Below are positions 23,421-31,140 of a stretch of 31,140 nucleotides of DNA, in pieces (position 1 is the stretch's first letter; every line of letters begins with the position of its first letter). Below the pieces are notes generated by a model. That model saw nothing but the letters and a program-made list of their open reading frames with translations. It made no database searches and was not told where the DNA came from. Both the position numbers and the translations under genes were made by a program. This DNA comes from Reclinomonas americana ATCC 50394 (lineage: Eukaryota): assembly GCA_048213135.1 (NCBI GenBank), contig PS015126.1, positions 62,001-93,140 on the forward strand, written 5' to 3'.

Positions 23421-24320
23421 CGTCCGGTGTGTACATGGGAAAAGGGAAGCGATAAGTGGAGAAGGAGGAGACGGGAGGGGAGGAAAAGGGAATGGAGACG
23501 GGAGGAGAAGAGAAGCGAGGGGAAGGGAAGGGAGGAGAGGAGAAGGGAAATGGGTGAAGGGGAAGAGAGGAGAGGACAAGAAGGAGACGGGATTGGAGGG
23601 GAAGGGAAGGGAGGAGGAGAGGGGAAGGGGGTGAAGGGAAGGGAGGAGAGGAGAAGGGAAATGGGCGAAAGGAAGAGAGGAGAGGACATCGAGGGGAGAG
23701 GAAGGGAGGAGACGGGAGGAGACGGGAGGAGAAGAGAGAAGAAGAAGGGAAGAAAGGAGAAGGGAAGAGAGAAAAAGAGGAGAATGAGTGAGAGGGGGAT
23801 GAGAGGAAAGATGAGAGGAGATAAAGGAACGTAAGAGAAAGGAGAGGGGAAGAACGGAGAGAAAAGAGGAGGCGAGAGGTGAGATGGAGTGAATAGAAAC
23901 TGGGGCCAATGAGAATGTGCGGTTGCTTCCTTGTGCGACAGCTACGTGAGTTAGTGAGCGAGGGCGAGAGAGTGAGACCAGCTCAGCCGGCAGGGATAAA
24001 AAGGAGGTGAAGGGAGGAGGAATGGGGAAGCAACGGTGAAAAGAATGAGTGAGTTGTAACATGCGTTATGTTATCAGAGAGACACTAAGAATTAAAGCAT
24101 GTATGTTGAGCGAGGTGCACGAGATTACGTTGGAATAGAGCCCCGTATTGCAGAGGATAGTGGATGTAGTAGACTGGAGACATTTGCATCGACTGAATGA
24201 GCATTTCTGGACGTCGGTAGTGGTTTCTTTTTGCTTAAAAACTCATTTTCCTTTCTGTTACTCTCTGCGAGAAGCGAGCTTGAGTCAGCGTATTCCATTC
24301 ACTCACACTGTGAATTGCAG

Positions 24321-27300
24321 CATTCAATTTGGTGTCGTCGGATCGTTCACTGCCGTCACCGGTGGCCAACTTACCGTCCGTGAGTACGAGTGGAGCGTGC
24401 GAAGAGTGCAGAGATCAAAATGAGTTGCTCATGTGCTTGTGTTTTCGGCAGTACCATTGCCAACATCTTCGATTCCGACGTCTGGCTCATCGTACACGGT
24501 GACAATCGGCAACACAACCACTGTTGGTACGGTCACCCAGCATGTCATGCTCTCACATTCATCATCCTTCTCATTCTCCTGCATCTGTCTGCAGTCACTG
24601 GCGCAACAACATCGAGCACAATCGGTCTCCGCGTCGGTTTGTCTGGACAAGTGGTGGTGCTGACGGTGCCAGTGGCCTCGTTCCCCTTTGCCACGCCGTC
24701 ATTTACACTGTTCAAGAACGCCGACTGCCGCGGAAATGTGGCCACCATCATCAGCGGCTTCAACATCGCGTCTGACGGCACGACCTATACCATCACATGG
24801 ACATTCGACACGACTGGAGAGCCAACACCAGCGAAGCAGCAGTTGTGCCTGTCATCCACTGACCTGACGGGTTACTTTAGCATGGCAGTTGTCTCCATTT
24901 GTTGCGTTCCTGCTGGAGATATTTTGCTGTCAAGTTTACGTCATCTCATTCTAACGAGGTGAATATGCAGATCGTGTCAAGAGCACTTCCGCGCCTTCCA
25001 TATCCCAGGGCATCAAGTCGCAAACTGTTGTCTTGTCGGGTGGTGACTTCCCATTGCTGGCTACAAGTGCCGCCAATGGCAGTAATCCAGTCACACCTGG
25101 AGGCACGCCACTGGCATTCTTCTTCTCACTCGCCACCGGCTGTTCGTCGATGGACTTGCGGGCGGCTGCCTTTGTGGCCACTGCGGTGTCGCCGACGCGT
25201 ATTACGGCCACGGTTTCCACTATTTCTGCGGTCTCTCTCGCCTCGTACACGCTGGATCCGCCTGGCACGTATCAAATTTGTGGTCGGTGTGTTTAGGAGG
25301 GAAAGAGGGAAAAAGGAGGGGAGGGAGGGGAGGGAGGGGAGGGAGGGGAGGGAGGGGAGGGAGGGAAGGGGGGGAAGGGGAAAGGGAGGAACGACGGTAA
25401 AGAAAGAGAGGAAGGGGAGAGAGGGCATTACCGTTGAGAGAGATGTGTGGGCGAGGGGAAATGGTGATAGAGAAGGGCGTGAGAGTGAATGGTGTGGTGC
25501 AGAAAGAACAAAGCAGTGGGTGCCGGCAGGAGAGATGAAGGAAAGCGGGAGAGGCAGGTGTACCACGAAGTATACCGTCTGTATGTGCGAGAGAAATGGT
25601 AGGATGTGAATGAGAGGGCGGTTGCGAGAGGCAAGAGGGCTGAGGAGCAGTAGGAAAAGTGAGTGAGAGGCCACGTTTGTGCGAGAGATACGCGAGGATG
25701 TGAATGAGAGGGCGGCTACGTGAGGTAAGAGGGCTGAGGGGCAGTAGGAAAAGTGAATGAGAGGCTGCAGTTGACCGTCTGTATGTGCGAGAGAAATGGT
25801 AGGATGTGAATGAGAGAGCGGTTGCGTGAGGTAAGAGGGCTGAGGAGCCATAAGGAAAAGTGAGAGAGAGACTGCAGGTGAGCCACGTTTGTGCGAGAGA
25901 TATGTGAGGATGTGAATGAGAGGGCGGCTGTGTGAGGCAAGAGGGCTGAGGAACAGTAGGAAAATGAGCGTGAGAGACTGCGTGTGCGAATGAATGGGAC
26001 TTTTTTTCAATCTCTTTCATGTTCAACAAGAAAAGTGGAAGGATAAGAGAGAATGCGATTGATCTAATGACGTTTCACCACCGTCGACTATTCCACTGAC
26101 AAAATATCTGCGCACAGCTTCCAAGACGGTTCGTATGTGCCTCTCGGTGTGACATTGACCATCACGACCGTCACCGATCCCGATGTCGGCTTCATTTCTC
26201 CGACTTCGTTGCCTCTCGGTGTGCCAACTACGTTGGTGTTGCATTCGCCATCACGCACGCTGTCGAGTTGCTCTCGTTTCAAGGTCGTCGACGCTGGATC
26301 CGACTGCAATGGTCCGGCTTCGGGTGAGTGCTGAGAATGAGAGGGTTCTGCGCGGGCGGTGGGTGGAGGAGATCTGTACTCACGGTTCACCCTCTTTGCA
26401 TATCTCTCTCTCGTCAGCGGCTCTTGCGCTTACGGCCTTCCAAGACGGCGTGTTTGATGCATCGTTATGCTTCTATGGATCTGTTGCTGGCGGCTGTGGA
26501 CAGTTCAAGGTGCAGCTCACGAGCTCCAAGGCGGTGTATATGCCACGTTCTGTGTGGCAACCACTCCAGGGGCGACATACAAGGCGGTGTCGAACAGCGA
26601 CATTTGTGTTACCTCTGGTATGCTGGTGCAGACGTCGTCGGTGGTGGCCAACCAGGCGGGGACAATCGTTGCGTGGTGAAGAGGGAAGGCTGGTAAAGAG
26701 GGAAGGGAGGTATTGAGGGAAGGGAGGTGAAGAGGGAAGGGAGAAAAGAGGGAAGAAGGTGAAGAGGGAAGGGGGGTGAAGAGGGAAGGCGGGTGAAGAG
26801 GGAAGGGGGAAAGAGGGACGGGAGGTGAAGAGGGAAAGGGGTAAAGAGGGACGGGAGGCGAAGAGGGAAGGAGGTAGAGAGGGAAGGGGGTAAAGAGGGA
26901 AGGGAGATAAAGGGCGATTTGGAAGCATGTGAGACAAGGAGAAGAGAGGTTAGTTGGGAAGGGTGAGGGAGGGAGGTGAGGCAAGGAGAAGGGAGGGAAG
27001 ATAATGGGCGATGTGGAAGCATGTGAGACGAGGAGAAAAGAGGTAAAGAGGGAAGGGGAGGAGGGAAGTGAGTCGAGGAGAAGGGGGGTTTTGAAGGCAT
27101 TTTGCGTGGAAGAGACAGAGGGTGAAAGTGTGTTGATGAGATAGCAAGGGAGAGAGAAACAGACTGAAGAAAGTATGTTGAATTTGTGTGTATTGCAAGA
27201 GAGGAAAAGGCGGAAGGGAGAAAGGGAATAGATTGGCTTTGGAAGTGTGTGGATGGGAACGCGCTGGGGAGTGTACCAAAGAGGAGTGTGTCCGTGGAGT

Positions 27301-29815
27301 GTTTGTGGCGCAAGAGAGGACCGTCAGGGGATGAATAGGTTGTGGTATTGTGTAGATGTGGATGCAAATAAGGAGAAGGAGGGAAAGGAGACGGATTGGT
27401 TGTGGCAGTGAGTGTGTTGATGGGAATGTGAAGGATAGAGAAACAGACAGAAGTGTGTCGGTGGAGATTGAATAACAAGAAAGAATCGTCAGAGGGAAGA
27501 TGGAACGGATGGGTCGTGGTCGAAAGTGCGTGTATGGATGCGAGGAAGAGAGAACCAAAAGAGAAGAGAGTTCGAGGAGATTGCGTGTGGCATGCGAAGA
27601 AATGCAGAAGGGGGAGGGAAAGGATTTGTCGTGGTAGATGGATGCAAGGGAGAGGAGAAGAATGTCTGTGGAAATGTGTATGTGTGACAGAGAGAATCGT
27701 CCGATGGGGAAGAAAATGATACGTTGTTAAAGTATGTGTGGATGGATGCAAGGGAGAGGAGAAGACTGTCTGTGGAAGTATATGCGTGTGACAGAGAGAA
27801 TCGACAGAGGAGGGATGGAACGGATTGGTTGCGGTTGAGGGTGTGCATATGAGAATGCATTGGAGAGAGAAACAAAGAGGAGAATGTCTGCGGAGGCTGC
27901 TTGTGTGTGTGTGGTAAGGAAGGATCATCAGAGGTGGGAAGGGAAATGATACTTTGTGGCAGTGTGGATGAGAATGCATCGGAGAGATAGTAACAATGAG
28001 AAGTGTTCCGTGGAGACTGTGCGTGTGGTAAGAGAGGATCATCAGATGTGGGAAGGGAATGGATACTTTGTGGCAGTGTGGATGAGAATGCATTGGTGAG
28101 ATAGTAACAAACAAGAAGTGTGCCGTGGAGGCTGTGTGTGTGGCAAGTCAGAGGGGGAAATAGATAGAATAGGTTGTGGTAGTGTGTGGATTGGATGCCA
28201 TTGAGAGGGTTACAAAGCGAGCGCTGTCAATGGAGGTTGATTCTGTATGCGAGAGAAAGGTTGGAGGGAGAAGAGAGGAAGGACAGTTTGTCAATATTTG
28301 TGGTATTGTGTGACGACGGTAAGAAGGAGAGAGTGAGATGGGCGGAGTGCATCAGTGGAGATTGTTCTTGTCCTACGAGAGTGAGAGACCGATTGGGGGG
28401 AGGAAAAGATTAGTTGTTCCCCTGTGTGATGTGAATGCAACGCATGAGGGGACGCGTTGTGGGTGACAGGAGTGGAAGACTTGAGGAGGGGAATGGCTGA
28501 GACTTTTGGGAGTGTGTGCTTGGGGATTCAACAGATGAGTGACATAGAGGACTGAAGGTCAACTGTGCGTGCGAGGAGAGGAGGAGGGGGACAGAAAGAA
28601 AATGTTGAGGTGTTGTTGATGAGATAAACAACAACAAGTGAGTGAGTGAGTCAGAGAGTTTGTGTGTGAAACAGAGAGGAGTGGTACGGAGGAGCGGGTT
28701 GGATAGCATGTCATTTTCGATCACATGTTGTCCACGGCTTGCATGCTGACGTTTGCTTTCTGGTTGTGCGACAGATGAGCACTGGCACTGGCACTCGCTC
28801 CGTGGAGATCACACACCGCTTTGTGCAATCGTTCCCGGCGATTCCCACTGTGCTCTTTGGCATCTCCGCTCTCTCCAATGCGATTGAGGGCGACACTGAC
28901 ATTCGCTGCGCGAGGCCGTCGGTCACCAATTTTATGCTGACGGTGCAGTGCTCGGCACTCGGCACTGCGCAGTTCAACTCGCTCATTACCAGTTTCGTGA
29001 GATCGATTTAGTTCTCATGCACACTTGCATGAAACTCACGACCTACGTCGCAGATTTCATTGCCATGTACGCGGACCCTGCCGCGACGTACACACACGAC
29101 AACGAGTTGCCGCGTCAGAAAGCCGCCAATGAGTGGCTGAGCCTGGCCACCGACAAGAATTTCACCACGGTATGTTGATTCAAGCAGACCTGTGAATGGT
29201 CCCTGAACTCATTTGTCGCAACCACGCGGCTGTGTGAGCAGGAAGTGGTGAATGCCCATGCGTTCGGATTCCAGACAATCCCCTCGATTGCGCTGGCGTT
29301 GACGGGTGTGCGGTCCATTCGACTCGATCCGAGTGGCACGGCGCGCAGCGACAACTTTGAGGTGGCCGTCGGTGAGGCGGCCGCTGCCACCTCGCAGGTG
29401 TTGATGACGGTGCGCGGCGATAGTCGCGTGCAGGCGTTGGAGTTGCGTTCCATGCTGGTGGGATCGCGGCTGGTGCCGCGTGATAATTCCAGTGGCTACG
29501 TGATGGTTTCGGGCGGTGAGTTTGACTGCGAAGATTTGCAGGCAGTTGTGCACGATTACTGACATGGATCACCGTCATGTTGCACAGAGAGCACGCTGGT
29601 GGGAAACACGCCGGTGGTGGTCACCCTCATCAGCCGCCAGTCAACCCGCGGGTTGAAACAGACTGATTTCCACACCGCCGCATTCTTGCGTGGATGGAAG
29701 ACGACCGGCACTGGTGCATCGCAGGTCAATCCGTCGATTTTGCCGACAGATGTGGTTCCGTCGCAAGGCAGCGCGTCGAGTGGAGCGTACGGGCAGCTGA
29801 CGGTGACGGCGAGCA
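24321..29815 (+). CDS. Surface/secreted-type protein with Ser/Thr-rich beta-strand repeats ending in (G)xYxxC-like motifs plus C-terminal H-type-lectin-like domains; 5'-incomplete with one frameshift (possible pseudogene)
   Basis: Phase-consistent exons 24321-24379, 24452-24526, 24595-24900, 24971-25286, 26118-26323, 26418-26667 (frame break near 26527-26531), 28775-28991 (RSVEITHRFVQSFPAIPTVLFGISAL..VTNFML, the H-lectin-like FxxxFxxxPxV pattern), 29054-29169, 29242-29515 (FGFQTIPSIALALTG), 29588-~29815. The 3' end is unclear beyond the gap at 30081-30217. Confidence 0.72.
25574..25982 (+). repeat. Intronic minisatellite: 4 x ~100 bp subunits arranged as a 2 x ~200 bp higher-order repeat
   Basis: accgtctgtatgtgcgagagaaatggtaggatgtgaatgagag starts at about 25574 and 25774; aggatgtgaatgagag and aagagggctgagg each occur 4 times. 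Confidence 0.9.
27150..28200 (+). repeat. Degenerate ~120 bp purine-rich intronic tandem repeat
   Basis: gatactttgtggcagtgtggatgagaatgcat..gagatagtaacaa..agaagtgt.ccgtggag is near-identical at about 27948 and 28062, with increasingly diverged copies upstream. Confidence 0.7.
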
Positions 29816-31140
29816 GTGGGGCGAGAGAGGAGAAGGGAGGGTAAGGAGGAAGGGGAAGTACACAGGAAAGGAATGAAAACAGAGAACTTGTGCGGCAAGT
29901 GGGTGTGGAGGGAAGGGAGGGCAAGGAGGAAGGGTGGGAGGGAGAGAGGGAAGGGGGAGGTGTGGACGAGAGGTATGTGACGTGGGTGAGAAAGGAGAAG
30001 GGAGGGGTTTGTGAAAAAGGGGAAGTAGGTGGTGAATACACAGGAATGGAATGAGAACAGAGAAATTGCGGGGAGGGCAANNNNNNNNNNNNNNNNNNNN
30101 NNNNNNNNNNNNNNNNNNNNNNNNNNNNNNNNNNNNNNNNNNNNNNNNNNNNNNNNNNNNNNNNNNNNNNNNNNNNNNNNNNNNNNNNNNNNNNNNNNNN
30201 NNNNNNNNNNNNNNNNNAAAACAGAGAGCGCGCGTATGGGGCAAGTGGGGGTGGAGGGAAGGGAGGGTAAGGAGGAAGGGAGGGAGGGAGGGAGGGCAAT
30301 GGAGAGAGGGGGGAGCTCGAGAGACGGAGCGAGGCAGCGAAGGAGCGCGTCTCGCAAAACGTCAGCGTGTGTGGCGCCGGCTGGTCGGTTCTTGACGCGT
30401 GGGTGACGCGATTCAGTGGCTGGCGTGTGTGATGCGCCGCCACCGATGCTTGGCCGCTGGCCGTGGTCGTCATGCTAGCGCTGCAGCTGACAACCGTTGT
30501 CGATCGTCGACTGCGGCACGGTCAAAACACAACAACAACAATTTTACTAATACAACCAACAACACAGCTGCATGATGATCACCTGAATATACATAGCGTA
30601 CCTGTGAAGAAAAGGAGTCTGGCAGTGTTGGGATCGTTATTATTCAAGTGTGCAGCAACGCAAATCGATTAGCAGAGCGAGGAAAAAACCAGAAAGACAG
30701 ACATTTGAGTTGCCCAGCGTTGGATCATGATGGAGGGTGACAAACCGGTGACATTTTGTTGCTTCCGATGCCCTTGGAAGCTGTTATCTGCATCTGATAA
30801 GGGAGCAAAGGGGTGCGTTGTGATGCCCAGCCTGTGGCCGTCATTACACCGGGGTATACGTACCCTGGAGACGCAGTTTATTTCAACTGTTTTCGTGAAT
30901 CCAGTTCGGTGAATGGAATCTAGCACGGAGATTCAATGGAGTGAGAACGCGTGAGAGAGTGTGTGCGTGTGTGAGAGAAAGAGAGAGTGTGTGTGCAAAC
31001 GTGAGAACGAGAGATAGAGCGTGTGTGTGTGACGGTGAGAGAGAGAGAGCGTGTGTGTGCGTGAGAGAGAGTGTGCATGAGTGTGTGCATGAATTAATGT
31101 GTGTGTGTGTGTGTGTGTGCGTGTGTGTGTGTACATGTGT

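Larger units (their letters stand above)
7792..30217. other. Assembly gaps (N runs)
   Basis: About 7792-8129, 11226-11894, 12824-13089, 16009-16136, 17921-18842, 19399-19474, 22824-22843, 30081-30217; mostly flanked by purine/pyrimidine low-complexity tracts. Confidence 0.98.

Noticed and set aside
30366-30930. Possible terminal exon of the lectin-like gene or a further gene
   Set aside because: No frame gives a convincing continuation, and the upstream gap prevents phase assignment

Overview
Intron-rich eukaryotic (protist-like) draft scaffold with GT-AG introns, the standard genetic code, abundant (CT)n/(GA)n/(CA)n tracts and several N gaps. I spliced the genes by hand using reading-frame continuity. 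(1) Minus strand, 10813 to <1: a ~30-exon, >2000-aa signal-peptide protein with PMP/pectin-lyase-type FxxN + GGG[AV] beta-helix repeats and a Cys-rich C-terminal region. Its middle is an array of 8 recently duplicated two-exon cassettes. (2) Two decayed head-to-head enzyme pseudogenes (VOC/glyoxalase-like; beta-hydroxyacid dehydrogenase-like) flanking a (TGAGGG)n tract and a gap. (3) Plus strand, 16510 to >22823: a 13-exon NLR-like STAND protein (NACHT + pentapeptide repeats, running into a gap). It begins with a ubiquitin-sized segment ending LALRGG, immediately followed by a cryptic myristoylation/palmitoylation motif GCGASR. (4) Plus strand, ~24321-29815: a 5'-incomplete, once-frameshifted surface-protein gene with Cys-terminated beta-rich repeats and H-type-lectin-like domains. 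About 8 of ~50 introns appear to use a one-nucleotide-shifted donor (GTTGCGT/GTTGAGT/GTTTCGT). All domain names come from motif recognition, not database searches.
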